Of a DNA stretch of 64,000 nucleotides, positions 48,988-59,877 are shown piece after piece. The position numbers were made by a program, and so were the translations under genes. The DNA comes from Candidatus Omnitrophota bacterium (lineage in GTDB: Bacteria > Omnitrophota > Gorgyraeia > Gygaellales > Profunditerraquicolaceae). Where the stretch lies: assembly GCA_041308845.1 (NCBI GenBank), contig JBFZAT010000022.1, positions 2,701 to 66,700 on the forward strand, in the 5' to 3' direction. Below the pieces are notes generated by a model that was not told where the DNA came from, made no database searches, and worked only from the letters and a program-made list of their open reading frames with translations. How positions within the stretch are numbered: the stretch's first letter is position 1; each line of letters starts with the position of its first letter.

Positions 48988-50064
48988 ATGTATGGACAGT
49001 TAGAAAAATTAGTTTTGCGTTACCAGGAATTAGAACAACTTTTAGGCAGCGATCAGCAGCTTGCTGACCGTCAGCTTTATAATAAGTTGGCCAAAGAGCT
49101 TTCGGATATGAAACCGGTGGTTATTTTATTCCGAGAATATAAAGATTTGCTCAGAGAGATAGCGGATCTTAAAATAGTGTTGTTGGAGAAGCACAATCCG
49201 GATTTTATGGAATTAGTGCAATCAGAGCAAAAGACGCTTGAAGAAAAAAAGTTGGTTCTGGAAGACAAATTAAATAAAATTCTCGCCGGAGAAGATAAAG
49301 ACGCCGGACGTCATTGCATCGTGGAAATTCGCCAGGGCACCGGAGGAGATGAAGCTGGGCTTTTTGCGGCTGTATTATTCCGGATGTATTCTAAATATGC
49401 CGATTATAAGAACTGGAGCATTGAAACGATGTATTCCAGTGTTAATGAAGCCGGCGGGATTAAAGAAATAGTTTTTAGCGTAAAAGGCAAGGATGCTTAC
49501 CGTTGTTTAAAATTTGAAAGCGGAGTACACCGGGTGCAGCGGGTGCCTACGACTGAATCGCAGGGCCGGATTCACACTTCTACGGCCACAGTAGCTGTGT
49601 TGATGGAGCCGGAAGAGATTGATTTAGTTATTGAAGCCAAGGATCTAAGAATTGATACTTATCGTTCCAGCGGCCCCGGCGGTCAACATATGCAGAAAAC
49701 TGATTCTGCAGTAAGAATTACCCATCTTCCGACCGGGACGGTAGTTGCCTGTCAGGATGAACGTTCGCAGATTAAAAACCGGGCTAAAGCCATGCGGGTC
49801 TTGCGGGCCAGAATCTTAGAGGTAAAAACCCAGGAGGAAGCAAAAAGGTTATCTAGTGCCCGGAAAACTCAAATCGGCACCGGAGACCGCAGCGAAAAAA
49901 TCCGCACCTATAATTTTCCCGACCGTCGGGTTACGGATCACCGAATCAATTTTACCTCCCATCAGCTAGAGGGAATGCTAGAGGGGCAGCTGGATGAACT
50001 TTTTGCAGCTTTATTAAAAGCAGAAACCGATAAGAAAAATGAACGAAGCGGAGTTAGTCTATAG
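48988..50064 (+). CDS. prfA: peptide chain release factor 1
   Basis: A PxT-type decoding region (PTT) and the GGQ motif (SGPGGQHMQKTDSAVRITH) are present in a 358-aa product. Confidence 0.9.
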   Translation: MYGQLEKLVLRYQELEQLLGSDQQLADRQLYNKLAKELSDMKPVVILFREYKDLLREIADLKIVLLEKHNPDFMELVQSEQKTLEEKKLVLEDKLNKILAGEDKDAGRHCIVEIRQGTGGDEAGLFAAVLFRMYSKYADYKNWSIETMYSSVNEAGGIKEIVFSVKGKDAYRCLKFESGVHRVQRVPTTESQGRIHTSTATVAVLMEPEEIDLVIEAKDLRIDTYRSSGPGGQHMQKTDSAVRITHLPTGTVVACQDERSQIKNRAKAMRVLRARILEVKTQEEAKRLSSARKTQIGTGDRSEKIRTYNFPDRRVTDHRINFTSHQLEGMLEGQLDELFAALLKAETDKKNERSGVSL

Positions 50065-50830
50065 CCATATTTTAAATTGCGACCGGCTTTCTTTGTATTT
50101 GAATAAAGATGCCTGTTTAGATCCCGGTCAATCGGCAGAAGTGTCAGGGATATTAAAGCGTAGGATCCAGGGTGAACCTTTAGCATATATTTTAGGTACT
50201 TGTGAATTCATGGGATGGGAGTTTAGGGTTGATCAGCGCGTTTTAATCCCCCGTCCGGAAACCGAAGTACTGGTGATCGCTGCGCTGGATAAAATTAAGT
50301 CTAGTGCCGTTGCTGCCCCCGCTCCTAAAATTTTGGATTTAGGGACCGGTTCCGGGTGCATTGCTATTTCGCTGGCGAAGTTATTACCGCTGGCTAGTCT
50401 TTGGGCCACGGATATATCTTTAGCTGCCTTACAATTAGCCGAAAATAATGCCGCCGGCCATCAGGTAAAAATTAAATTTTTACATTCAGATCTTTTCCAG
50501 GTATTTGCAAAAAACCCGGAAAAGTTCGATTTGATTATCAGTAATCCGCCTTATATCGCTAGTGATGAGTTTTGCGCTTTGGCTAAGGAGGTATACTTTG
50601 AACCGGCTTTAGCGCTTAAGGGCGGCAGTGATGGATTAGATTTCTATCGGCGCATAATTAAACAGGCCGCTATTTATTTAAATAATGACGGATTCCTAGC
50701 GCTAGAAACCGGGGCTGGGCAGGCTGGCCGGGTTTGCGCATTGTTAGAAGAAGTAAATTTTAATCTTCGCTGGATAATTAAAGATTATAATAACATTGAA
50801 CGCGTAGTTCTAGCCCAACAAAGGATATAA
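50039..50830 (+). CDS. prmC: release factor glutamine N5-methyltransferase (HemK)
   Basis: The SAM-binding motif DLGTGSGCIA and the NPPY motif (ISNPPYI) are present. It overlaps the prfA end. Confidence 0.85.
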   Translation: MNEAELVYSHILNCDRLSLYLNKDACLDPGQSAEVSGILKRRIQGEPLAYILGTCEFMGWEFRVDQRVLIPRPETEVLVIAALDKIKSSAVAAPAPKILDLGTGSGCIAISLAKLLPLASLWATDISLAALQLAENNAAGHQVKIKFLHSDLFQVFAKNPEKFDLIISNPPYIASDEFCALAKEVYFEPALALKGGSDGLDFYRRIIKQAAIYLNNDGFLALETGAGQAGRVCALLEEVNFNLRWIIKDYNNIERVVLAQQRI

Positions 50831-50834
50831 GCCA

Positions 50835-52097
50835 ATGGACAAATTAATTATTGAAGGTGGGACTAAATTAACCGGGGAAGTCACGGTTTCTGGCTCAAAA
50901 AATGCCGTGCTGCCGATTCTGGCGGCTACTTTACTTACCGCTGAACCATGCGTAATTAAAGGTGTGCCGAACCTGCGTGATACCAATAGTATGCTCAAAA
51001 TCCTCCGCGCCTTGGGTAAATTGGCGGAATTCGATAAAGGCAAAGTAAGCGTTACGACTGTTTGCGCTTCGAAATATATCGCCGATTATAAATTAGTTTC
51101 TACGATGCGTGCTTCATTTTGTGTTTTAGGCCCGTTGCTAGCTAGATTAAAAAAAGCTAAAGTTTCTCTTCCGGGTGGTTGTGTAATTGGGGTGCGGCCG
51201 GTGGACTTACATCTTAAGGGCATTCGGGCACTCGGCGCTGAGATTAATATTAATTCAGGTTATGTAATTGCTAAGGCCCAGAAATTACAGGGTGCTTATA
51301 TTTATTTAGGAGGAGTTTATGGGTCTTCGGTCTTGGCTACCGATAATGTGATGATGGCGGCAGTTTTAGCTTCCGGTAAGACAATTATCGAATCTGCGGC
51401 TTGTGAGCCGGAAGTAGTCGATCTGGCGGAGTTTTTGATTAAGATGGGCGCTAAGATTAAAGGACAGGGCACTCCGGTAATCGAAATTGAAGGAGTCAAA
51501 CATCTGCACGGAGCAACGCATTCCATAATTCCAGACCGAATCGAGGCGGGAACATTAATTCTAGCTTCTTTAATTACCGGTGGAGATGTATTAATTAAAA
51601 ATGTGCGATTTCAGCACTTGGGGGCATTAATCGATAAGTTAAATGAATCCGGCGCGCATCTTCAGCCGCTGCCCGGAGCTTTAAGAGTAAAAGGCAATAA
51701 GAAATTAAGGCCGGTAAATATTACTACCCTGCCGTATCCTGGTTTTCCTACTGATATGCAGGCGCAGATGATGAGTTTGATGTCAGTTACCGCAGGAATT
51801 AGCGTGATTACCGAAAAGATTTATCCAGACAGGTTTATGCATGTTGCCGAGTTGAATCGAATGGGTGCCCATATTCAAAGAGAAGGTCCGCATGCTATTG
51901 TGGAAGGGATAAAAAATTTGTCCGGGGCTCCGGTGATGGCCTCTGACCTGCGGGCTTCCGCCGGTTTAGTCTTAGCTGGATTGGCTGCCTGCGGTAAAAC
52001 CGCTATCTCCAGGATTTACCATTTGGAACGAGGCTATGAATTGATGGAAGAAAAGTTACGTAATTTAGGGGCCAGGATCTGGAGAGAGAAAGAATAA
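50835..52097 (+). CDS. murA: UDP-N-acetylglucosamine 1-carboxyvinyltransferase
   Basis: MDKLIIEGGTKLTGEVTVSGSKNA is present. The active-site loop has Cys (PGGCVIGVRPVDLH). The product is 420 aa. Confidence 0.9.
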   Translation: MDKLIIEGGTKLTGEVTVSGSKNAVLPILAATLLTAEPCVIKGVPNLRDTNSMLKILRALGKLAEFDKGKVSVTTVCASKYIADYKLVSTMRASFCVLGPLLARLKKAKVSLPGGCVIGVRPVDLHLKGIRALGAEININSGYVIAKAQKLQGAYIYLGGVYGSSVLATDNVMMAAVLASGKTIIESAACEPEVVDLAEFLIKMGAKIKGQGTPVIEIEGVKHLHGATHSIIPDRIEAGTLILASLITGGDVLIKNVRFQHLGALIDKLNESGAHLQPLPGALRVKGNKKLRPVNITTLPYPGFPTDMQAQMMSLMSVTAGISVITEKIYPDRFMHVAELNRMGAHIQREGPHAIVEGIKNLSGAPVMASDLRASAGLVLAGLAACGKTAISRIYHLERGYELMEEKLRNLGARIWREKE

Positions 52098-52159
52098 CCG
52101 TAAACAGCTAAGCAGTGGATAACCTATAGTCGACAAATTTAAGACTAAGGAGATTTAAT

Positions 52160-52726
52160 ATGATTCTGATGATCGATAACTACGATTCTTTTACCTACAA
52201 TTTGGTTCAATATTTAGGAGAATTAGGCCAGCAGGTCCGGGTTTACCGCAACGACGCTTTAACGCTGGCGGAAATTAAACAGCTTAATCCTTCGAGCATC
52301 GTGGTTTCTCCGGGACCCGGCCGTCCGGAAAACGCCGGTATTTCTTGTTCGTTGATTAAAGAATTTTGCGGGAAAATCCCTATATTGGGTGTTTGTTTGG
52401 GACACCAAGCTATCGGGTATTGCTACGGAGCAAAGATTGTCCAAGCTAAGCGGCTGATGCATGGTAAGACCTCCAAGATTTACCATAATAAAAAAGATAT
52501 TTTTAAAAGTATACCCAATCCTTTTTTGGCCACGCGTTATCATTCGTTGCTTATAGAGAAAAGTAGCCTACCGGTTTCTCTGGAGATAAGCGCTTGGACT
52601 TCAGAAGATGAAATTATGGGGATAAAGCATAAAAATTATCCTCTTTGGGGGGTGCAATTTCATCCGGAATCGATATTGACTAAGAATGGTAAAGCGATAC
52701 TGGATAATTTTATTAAATTGAGATGA
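52160..52726 (+). CDS. trpG: anthranilate/aminodeoxychorismate synthase glutamine amidotransferase component (TrpG/PabA)
   Basis: MILMIDNYDSFTYNLVQYL, the catalytic GVCLGHQ and a C-terminal His region are present. The product is 188 aa. Confidence 0.8.
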   Translation: MILMIDNYDSFTYNLVQYLGELGQQVRVYRNDALTLAEIKQLNPSSIVVSPGPGRPENAGISCSLIKEFCGKIPILGVCLGHQAIGYCYGAKIVQAKRLMHGKTSKIYHNKKDIFKSIPNPFLATRYHSLLIEKSSLPVSLEISAWTSEDEIMGIKHKNYPLWGVQFHPESILTKNGKAILDNFIKLR

Positions 52727-53730
52727 TTAAAGATTTAATCAACCAGCTGTTAAATAAAAAAAACCTTAAGCCTTTACAGATGCAACAGGTGATGCGGGAG
52801 ATTTTAAGCGGAGCCGTGGATACCGCCGATATTGTAGCTTTTCTGACCTCTTTGAACCAAAAGGGTGAAACCGTTGAGGAATTGACAGCGGCAGTTAACG
52901 TGATGCTTAAATATGTTGAGCCGATTATCGTCGATAAACCTAATATTCTAGACACTTGCGGGACTGGAGGAGATAAAAAAAATACTTTTAATATTTCTAC
53001 GATTAGCGCGTTGGTGGCTAGCGGAGCCGGGGTTACCGTAGCCAAGCATGGTAATCGATCGGTATCCAGCCGTTGTGGCAGCGCTGATATTTTAGAGGCT
53101 TTGGGGGTTAAGATTAATATGGATGCGGTAAAAATCAAGCAATGCTTGGAAGAGATCGGGATTGCTTTTTTATTTGCGCCGAATCTGCATATGGCTATGC
53201 GGCATGTTATGCCGGCTAGAAAGCAGATTGCCCAAAAAACCATATTTAATATTCTAGGCCCGTTGATTAATCCAGCGCGGGCCACTAATCAGTTAATCGG
53301 AGTATATTCTAAGCAATGGGTTAGACCGTTGGCAGAAGTTTTGCATAACCTCGGTTCAAGTCATGTCTTAGTCGTGCATGGCGCGGATGGCTTGGATGAA
53401 ATCACTACTACGGACAAAACTTTCGTTACCGAAGTTGCCGGTCGGGTGATTAAAGATTATGAAATTATTCCGGAAGAATTTGGTTTTCCGCGCGCCAGTC
53501 TGGATGATTTATTAGGCGGTTCGATCGAGCAGAACGTGCGGATTGCCCAGGGGGTTTTAGCGGGCCAGGTTGGGCCCTGCCGGGACATTGTTTTATTTAA
53601 TGCCGGTTGCGCCATTTATGCAGCAGACAAAACTGATTCTATCCCAAAAGGAATTAAACTGGCCCAAGTCGCTATCGATTCAGGCGCTGCTTTGAATAAA
53701 CTCAAACTATTAAAGGAGCATTCACAATAA
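52723..53730 (+). CDS. trpD: anthranilate phosphoribosyltransferase
   Basis: DTCGTGGD and KHGNRSVSS are present in a 335-aa product. Confidence 0.9.
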   Translation: MIKDLINQLLNKKNLKPLQMQQVMREILSGAVDTADIVAFLTSLNQKGETVEELTAAVNVMLKYVEPIIVDKPNILDTCGTGGDKKNTFNISTISALVASGAGVTVAKHGNRSVSSRCGSADILEALGVKINMDAVKIKQCLEEIGIAFLFAPNLHMAMRHVMPARKQIAQKTIFNILGPLINPARATNQLIGVYSKQWVRPLAEVLHNLGSSHVLVVHGADGLDEITTTDKTFVTEVAGRVIKDYEIIPEEFGFPRASLDDLLGGSIEQNVRIAQGVLAGQVGPCRDIVLFNAGCAIYAADKTDSIPKGIKLAQVAIDSGAALNKLKLLKEHSQ

Positions 53731-53731
53731 T

Positions 53732-54520
53732 ATGGCTAAATCCGACTTTTTAAAACAAATTGTGGCTAAAAAAAAGGAACGCATTCTTTTAGCCAAACAG
53801 CAGCTCAGTCAGGAAGATATAGTTGCTCAATTAGGAGGTTTAGCTGGGCCCCGGCCGTTTAAAGAAGCGATTAGCAAGCCTAAACAAATCGCTTTGATTG
53901 CTGAGATTAAACAGTCTTCGCCCTGTGCAGGCTTGATCCGTCAGAATTTTAATCTTGAAGAGATCGCTCAATCTTATCAGCAGGCAGGGGTGCAGGCGGT
54001 TTCCGTATTAACGGAGGAAGATTTCTTTGGCGGTAATCTGGCTTATCTAAACCAGGTTAAAAATATTGTTAGCGTTCCGGTTTTAAGAAAAGATTTCATT
54101 CTGGAAAGCTATCAACTCTATGAATCCCGCTATTTTGGGGCGGACGCTGTTTTATTGATCGCAGATTTATTGACTAAAGATAAACTGGTGGAGTTGATGC
54201 AGGTTGCCGATACTTTGGGTTTAGACTATTTGATTGAAGTGCACGATGAAAAGGAACTGAAGAAAGTTTTAAGCCTCAAGGCTCCGATAATCGGAATTAA
54301 TAATCGTTCGCTGCGTACGCTAGAGATTGATTTTAAAACTACGGAAAAATTATTCACTTTAGTGCCTCGGGATAAAACCGTAGTAGTAGAAAGCGGGATT
54401 AAAAGCGCGCAGGATGTTTTATTTCTGAAGATTCTGGGGGCCAGCGCGGTATTGATCGGTACGGTTTTTATGGAAGCAACGGATATTAAAAATAAAGTTG
54501 AAGAGGTGATGGGGTGGTAA
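53732..54520 (+). CDS. trpC: indole-3-glycerol phosphate synthase
   Basis: IAEIKQSSPCAG, LRKDFI and IGINNRSL are present in a 262-aa product. Confidence 0.85.
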   Translation: MAKSDFLKQIVAKKKERILLAKQQLSQEDIVAQLGGLAGPRPFKEAISKPKQIALIAEIKQSSPCAGLIRQNFNLEEIAQSYQQAGVQAVSVLTEEDFFGGNLAYLNQVKNIVSVPVLRKDFILESYQLYESRYFGADAVLLIADLLTKDKLVELMQVADTLGLDYLIEVHDEKELKKVLSLKAPIIGINNRSLRTLEIDFKTTEKLFTLVPRDKTVVVESGIKSAQDVLFLKILGASAVLIGTVFMEATDIKNKVEEVMGW

Positions 54521-55125
54521 GAGTTAAAATTTGCGGGATTACTAATTTGGAAGATGCCTTGGCTAGTGTTTTCGCCGGAGCCCATGCTTTGGGTTTTGTT
54601 TTTTATAAAAAAAGCCCACGTTATATTCATTGGCGCCAGGCGCAGAATATTGCGCGTCTTCTGCCCGCAAAAATTTTACGGGTAGGAGTTTTTGTTGATG
54701 AAAAACCCGCTCGGGTCAAAAAGATCGCTGCGCTTTGCGGCCTGGATATATTGCAGTTTCATGGGCAGGAATCTGCGGCTTACTGCCGGAAGTTCAAAGG
54801 TTATAAAATTATCAAGGCCTTCCGGATTGCTAAGCTTTCAGATTTAGATCAAATTTACAGATATAAGACCTTTGCTTATTTATTTGATAGCGCTGCCGGG
54901 GACAGACCAGGTGGCAGCGGTAAAAAATTTAACTGGAAAATACTGGCTCAATCCGCTAGAATTGAACCGGTTGTGTTTATTTCCGGAGGATTAACTCCGG
55001 TTAATGTGCGCCAAGCAGTAAAATTATTAAAACCGGACTGGGTAGATGTTTCCAGCGGTTTAGAATCCTGGCCCGGGAAAAAAGATCATCGCAAGATTAA
55101 AAGATTTATCCAAGCGTTGAATTAA
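54514..55125 (+). CDS. trpF: phosphoribosylanthranilate isomerase
   Basis: RVKICGIT...LQFHG... matches the PRAI TIM-barrel in a 203-aa product. Confidence 0.85.
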   Translation: MVRVKICGITNLEDALASVFAGAHALGFVFYKKSPRYIHWRQAQNIARLLPAKILRVGVFVDEKPARVKKIAALCGLDILQFHGQESAAYCRKFKGYKIIKAFRIAKLSDLDQIYRYKTFAYLFDSAAGDRPGGSGKKFNWKILAQSARIEPVVFISGGLTPVNVRQAVKLLKPDWVDVSSGLESWPGKKDHRKIKRFIQALN

Positions 55126-55142
55126 TTCAGGAAGGTTGGATC

Positions 55143-55514
55143 ATGAAAATATGCCCATTCTGCGCTGAAGAGATACAGTCGGATGCGATAAAATGTCGTT
55201 ATTGCGGGGAATTTTTGAAAAAGCAGAACAAAGGCATGAAATGTTTATTTGGTTGTTTGACTAGCTTAGCGGTATTTCTTCTAATTTGTAGTATTTTCGC
55301 TTATTTGTCTTCTTTTGTGTTTAATGCGGCAATGTATAAAATTATGGCTTTACGGGCTAATCTCGAACATTTTTTCCTGCCGGTTAATCCCCTGGGGAAT
55401 GTCCAGGCGATGTTCGGGGATCTGGGCCAAGGGTATCAGATTTTCAAAGATTTTTTAAGTGAAGGTTTACCTAAAGATTATGATACTTATGAAAAAGCCG
55501 AACCTGCTTTGTAA
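55143..55514 (+). CDS. small zinc-ribbon membrane protein (hypothetical)
   Basis: An N-terminal CPFC...x13..CRYC zinc-ribbon is followed by one TM helix ([17 protein letters not shown]). The gene lies between trpF and trpB. It has no homology-based function I can assign. Confidence 0.45.
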   Translation: MKICPFCAEEIQSDAIKCRYCGEFLKKQNKGMKCLFGCLTSLAVFLLICSIFAYLSSFVFNAAMYKIMALRANLEHFFLPVNPLGNVQAMFGDLGQGYQIFKDFLSEGLPKDYDTYEKAEPAL

Positions 55515-55536
55515 AAAACATTCCCTGTTAAAAAAA

Positions 55537-56700
55537 ATGCCTGATTCTGCAGGACATTTCGGTATTTTTGGGGGGAGGTTTGTCCCTGAGACCTTGATTT
55601 ATGCTTTAGAAGAATTAACTCAAGAATATTCACGGGCTCAGCAGGATAAAAAATTCGTTGCTGATCTAGCATATTATCTGGCCGAATACGCCGGCCGGCC
55701 GACTGCTCTTTATGAAGCGAAAAACTTAAGCCGGCTTTTAGGGATTAGAAAGATCTATTTAAAAAGGGAAGATCTTCTGCATACCGGTGCGCATAAAATT
55801 AATAATACTTTGGGTCAGGTGCTTTTAGCCGTGAGAATGGGAAAAAAAAGGTTAATTGCTGAGACCGGAGCTGGCCAACACGGAGTGGCCACGGCGACAG
55901 TGGCGGCTTTATTTGGTTTAGAATGTGATATTTATATGGGCCAGGAAGATATTCACCGGCAGGCTTTAAATGTGTTGCGGATGAAATTACTGGGTGCACA
56001 AGTCAGGAGTGTTAAAAGCGGGACGCAAACCTTAAAAGATGCGATGACGGAAGCTTTACGCGATTGGGTGACTAACGTGCGTAACACGCATTATGTAATC
56101 GGCACAGTTGCCGGGCCGCATCCTTATCCGGAAATGGTACGTAATTTCCAGTGCGTGATCGGTAATGAGGCCCGGGCCCAGATATTGGATAAAGAAAAAC
56201 GCCTACCAGATTATTTAGTCGCTTCGGTAGGCGGTGGCAGCAATGCCCTGGGTCTATTCCATCCTTTTTTTAATGATCGCCGGGTAAAAATGGTCGGGGT
56301 GGAGGCCGCCGGTTTAGGGCTGGCTTCGGGCCAACATGCAGCCAGTTTGGTCCGGGGGGCAATCGGGGTGTTGCATGGTTCTAAGTCGAAGATTTTAGAG
56401 GATAAATTCGGTCAGATTCTTAATGCTCATTCGGTAGCCGCCGGGTTGGATTATCCGGGAGTAGGGCCTGAGCATGCTTATTATCAACGCATAAAACGGG
56501 CCAGCTATGTGGCGATCAACGACCGAGAAGCTCAGCAAGCATTTAAATTGTTATCTTTAGTTGAAGGAATTATCCCGGCGTTGGAATCAGCGCACGCCAT
56601 CGCTTATTTGAAAAAATCTAGGAAAGCGATTAAAAAAGATGCGCTGGTTATTGTTTGCCTCTCCGGAAGAGGGGATAAGGATTTGCATGAATCGTATTGA
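55537..56700 (+). CDS. trpB: tryptophan synthase beta chain
   Basis: [15 protein letters not shown] and the PLP-Lys block HTGAHKINN are present, with GGGSNA. An alternative upstream ATG at 55489 would overlap the preceding ORF. Confidence 0.9.
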   Translation: MPDSAGHFGIFGGRFVPETLIYALEELTQEYSRAQQDKKFVADLAYYLAEYAGRPTALYEAKNLSRLLGIRKIYLKREDLLHTGAHKINNTLGQVLLAVRMGKKRLIAETGAGQHGVATATVAALFGLECDIYMGQEDIHRQALNVLRMKLLGAQVRSVKSGTQTLKDAMTEALRDWVTNVRNTHYVIGTVAGPHPYPEMVRNFQCVIGNEARAQILDKEKRLPDYLVASVGGGSNALGLFHPFFNDRRVKMVGVEAAGLGLASGQHAASLVRGAIGVLHGSKSKILEDKFGQILNAHSVAAGLDYPGVGPEHAYYQRIKRASYVAINDREAQQAFKLLSLVEGIIPALESAHAIAYLKKSRKAIKKDALVIVCLSGRGDKDLHESY

Positions 56701-57472
56701 TGAAAAGTTTATTCAGTTAAAAAAACAGGGGAAGAAAGCTTTTATTGCTTTTATTACTGCCGGCTATCCTGATTTGTCTACGACGGCTAAGCTAGTTATC
56801 GCGCTGGAGAAAAAAGGAGTAGATATTATTGAGTTAGGGGTGCCTTTTTCTGATCCTTTGGCTGACGGACCGGTGATCCAGGAAGCTTCAAATTATTCCC
56901 TCAAGCAAGGCGTTAATCTGGCTAAAATTCTAGATTTAGTTAAAGGTTTACGCCGCTTAACCCGCATCCCGATTTGTTTGATGACTTATTATAATCCGGT
57001 TTTTTGTTTTGGTGAAAAAGCTTTCGTCGCAAAGGCGGTGGCCGCCGGCCTAGACGGGGTAATTATCCCGGATCTGCCTTATGAGGAGGCTGAGGAATTT
57101 AGGCGTTATGCACAGCAAAAAAATCTTGTTAATATTTCTTTTATCAGTCCAACCAGTTCTAGAAAACGGATCAAAGCCATTTTAAAAATGGCGCGTGGTT
57201 TTATTTATTATGTTTCTTTAACCGGGGTAACCGGGGGCCGCCGGCAGCTGCCAGCGGATTTAAAAAATAAATTAGCGGTCATTAAGCGCTTAACTACTAA
57301 ACCGGTTTGTGTGGGTTTCGGTATTTCTGATGCCCGGCAGGTTAAAGCTATCCGTCAGATCGCCGATGGGGTAATTATCGGCAGCGCAATTGTCGCTAAA
57401 ATCAGGGAAAATATAGGCCGTAATAATTTATTAACTCAAGTCGCCAGTTTTGTCGAAAGGTTAAATGTATAA
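56687..57472 (+). CDS. trpA: tryptophan synthase alpha chain
   Basis: [12 protein letters not shown] and [17 protein letters not shown] are present. The start at the internal ATG overlaps the trpB end by 14 nt. Confidence 0.85.
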   Translation: MNRIDEKFIQLKKQGKKAFIAFITAGYPDLSTTAKLVIALEKKGVDIIELGVPFSDPLADGPVIQEASNYSLKQGVNLAKILDLVKGLRRLTRIPICLMTYYNPVFCFGEKAFVAKAVAAGLDGVIIPDLPYEEAEEFRRYAQQKNLVNISFISPTSSRKRIKAILKMARGFIYYVSLTGVTGGRRQLPADLKNKLAVIKRLTTKPVCVGFGISDARQVKAIRQIADGVIIGSAIVAKIRENIGRNNLLTQVASFVERLNV

Positions 57473-58733
57473 AAAACAAAAGCTGAATAACGGTTTAAGT
57501 CTTATTACCAAGCGGTTAAAAAGCGTGCAATCTGTTGCTTTAGGAATTTGGATTAATATCGGTAGCCGTTATGAGCAGCCTGAGCAAAAAGGTATTTCGC
57601 ATTTCCTGGAACATTTGCTTTTTAAAGGCAGCAAAAAATATATCTGTCGGAAGATTAAAGAGTCGATCGAAGGGGTAGGCGGGACATTGAATGGTTTTAC
57701 CTCTGAGGAGCACACTTGTTATTTAGTTAAAATCCCGCATTTTCATTTAACCCGGGCTTTAGATATTCTAGCGGATATGGTGGTTAATCCTGCTTTAGCC
57801 CTGGCGGATATCCAGAAAGAAAAAACCGTGGTTTTAGAAGAATTAAAGATGTACCGGGATCTTCCCCAAAGTTACGTTAATGAATTACTGGATGAACTGC
57901 TTTGGCCCCGGCAACCCTTAGGTTCGCCGATAATCGGTACAGTAGAAACCGTCAATGCTATCAGCCGTCAAGTTTTGAGATCATTCCACATTAATCATTA
58001 TACTCCGGCTAATATGGTTATCAGCGCCGCTGGCCGACTAGAGCATGATTTGTTGTTTGAAAAAATATCGCATATTTTCTGTCCAGCTAAAAAAGGTCAA
58101 ATTAATCTTTTCCGGAAAGCTCAACAGCAACAGCATCAGCCGCAATTAAAGATTTTTCATAAAGCTACTGAGCAGACCCATATGGCCTTGGGTTTCCACG
58201 CTTTAAAACGGGATCATCACTTTAAACATGCCCAGGCTCTTCTGCATATAATTTTAGGTGCTAATATGTCCAGCCGGCTTTTTAATCAACTCCGGGAAAA
58301 AAGAGGGTTAGCTTATGAGATTGGTACGGGTCTTAAGCGTTATCATGATACCGGGGCATTTTTGATTCACGCCGGGATCGATAATCGTAAAGTTTTAGAA
58401 GCTTTGGTTTTGGTTTTTCAGGAATTGGGAAAGACCAAAAAAACATTAGTGAGCAAGGATGAATTCCGGCGCTCTAAAGATTTCTACTTAGGCCAACTTA
58501 GCCTGGCCTTAGAAGACACTATGGAATATATGCTTTGGATGGGGGAGGGGATGGCTTCTTTGAATAAAGTTTCTTCGTTGGCCCAAATTATTCATGAAGT
58601 AGGCCAAGTTTCGCTGGAGGATGTGCGCCAGGTAGCCAGGGAGATATTTAAAACCGAAGCGATTAATCTGGCACTAATTGGCCCGCTTCAGAAAGAACAG
58701 AAACAAATCTACGCTAAATTAAATTTAGGATAA
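57465..58733 (+). CDS. M16-family zinc peptidase (insulinase-like)
   Basis: The inverted zinc motif HFLEHLLFKGS (HxxEH) and a downstream Glu region are present in a 422-aa product. Confidence 0.75.
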   Translation: MYKKQKLNNGLSLITKRLKSVQSVALGIWINIGSRYEQPEQKGISHFLEHLLFKGSKKYICRKIKESIEGVGGTLNGFTSEEHTCYLVKIPHFHLTRALDILADMVVNPALALADIQKEKTVVLEELKMYRDLPQSYVNELLDELLWPRQPLGSPIIGTVETVNAISRQVLRSFHINHYTPANMVISAAGRLEHDLLFEKISHIFCPAKKGQINLFRKAQQQQHQPQLKIFHKATEQTHMALGFHALKRDHHFKHAQALLHIILGANMSSRLFNQLREKRGLAYEIGTGLKRYHDTGAFLIHAGIDNRKVLEALVLVFQELGKTKKTLVSKDEFRRSKDFYLGQLSLALEDTMEYMLWMGEGMASLNKVSSLAQIIHEVGQVSLEDVRQVAREIFKTEAINLALIGPLQKEQKQIYAKLNLG

Positions 58734-58735
58734 AA

Positions 58736-59737
58736 ATGTTAATTTTTTTACTTTTACTATTTTTACTATTGATGTCATTTTTCTTTTCTTCCTCCGAAAC
58801 CGCGATCATCGGATTAAGTAAAATCCGTCTGCGTCATATGCTGCAGCAGGGTGTTAAACGGGCCAAGCATGTTCAACGCTTGGTGGCTAAATTAGATAAA
58901 GTGATCGCGGCTATTCTAATCGGCAATAATCTGGTGAACATTGCTATTTCTTCGATTGTTACCGGAATATTTGTTCAACTCTACGGGTATCGTTGGGGGA
59001 TTGTGGTTTCAACTTTTGTGACTACTTTAGTACTATTAATTTTTTGCGAAGTAACCCCTAAAATACTGGCGGCTAAACATGCCGAGAAGGTTTCTTTATT
59101 ATCCGCACCGTTAATGGAGATAGTGCTAATAATTTTTAGACCTTTCATCGGATTTTTCACTGCGCTGAGCCATTTTATTCTAAAAATATTTAGCTCAGAA
59201 GGGGCTAAACGTTCTCCGGTGGTTACGGTAGAAGAGTTAAAAACCATGATTGAGCTGGGGCAGGAAGAAGGGGTTTTAAGTGAGGATGAGCGTAGAATGC
59301 TGCACCGGATTTTTGAGTTCGGAGAGACCAAGCTTACTGATGTTATGGTGCCTAAAGAAAAAATCATTGCGGTAAGTATTGATACTAATTCTGATGATTT
59401 GTTAAATATTTTTGTTGAGGAAGGTCATGCCCGGCTTCCGGTGTTTAGCGGTAATAAGGATAATATCGTGGGGATTATTTATGCCCGGGATTTATTGTAT
59501 GTTTTACGCGAGAAGGGGCTGTTCCTGCTACCAGATCTACTTCATAAGGCTTGTTTTGTCCCGGGTTCGTTGCGGGTGAGTGAGATGTTAAGGAGGTTTC
59601 AGCTTGAAAATATTCAGATTGCGATTATTACGGATAAGAACAAATCTGCCTTAGGCTTAGTGACCTTAGAAGATTTATTGGAAGAAATCGTCGGTGAAAT
59701 CGAAGAAAAACATTGCGTAAAGGGAAAATGTGTTTGA
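58736..59737 (+). CDS. CNNM/DUF21-CBS-pair membrane protein (HlyC/CorC/TlyC family, without the CorC C-terminal domain)
   Basis: A four-TM DUF21 N-domain (SSSETAIIGLSKIRLRH) is followed by two CBS motifs. The product ends at 333 aa, before any CorC_HlyC domain. Confidence 0.7.
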   Translation: MLIFLLLLFLLLMSFFFSSSETAIIGLSKIRLRHMLQQGVKRAKHVQRLVAKLDKVIAAILIGNNLVNIAISSIVTGIFVQLYGYRWGIVVSTFVTTLVLLIFCEVTPKILAAKHAEKVSLLSAPLMEIVLIIFRPFIGFFTALSHFILKIFSSEGAKRSPVVTVEELKTMIELGQEEGVLSEDERRMLHRIFEFGETKLTDVMVPKEKIIAVSIDTNSDDLLNIFVEEGHARLPVFSGNKDNIVGIIYARDLLYVLREKGLFLLPDLLHKACFVPGSLRVSEMLRRFQLENIQIAIITDKNKSALGLVTLEDLLEEIVGEIEEKHCVKGKCV

Positions 59738-59803
59738 GTGGGGCGGGCCGGATAATTGTGCCTACAGCATTAAGCACCGCAGGTTCTTGGGCAGATTAAT
59801 TAT

Positions 59804-59832
59804 TTGACAGTAAAAATTTACTATGTTAAAAT
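59804..59832 (+). promoter_or_regulatory. candidate sigma70-type promoter (TTGACA-17 nt-TAAAAT) for the small DUF5679-like ORF
   Basis: A consensus -35 at 59804-59809, a 17-nt spacer and a -10 at 59827-59832 lie in a 140-bp intergenic gap. An AAAGGAGGAAAC ribosome-binding site precedes the ATG at 59878. Confidence 0.45.
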
Positions 59833-59877
59833 TATAAACAATGGGTTCATGCATGTAGTATAAAAAGGAGGAAACAA

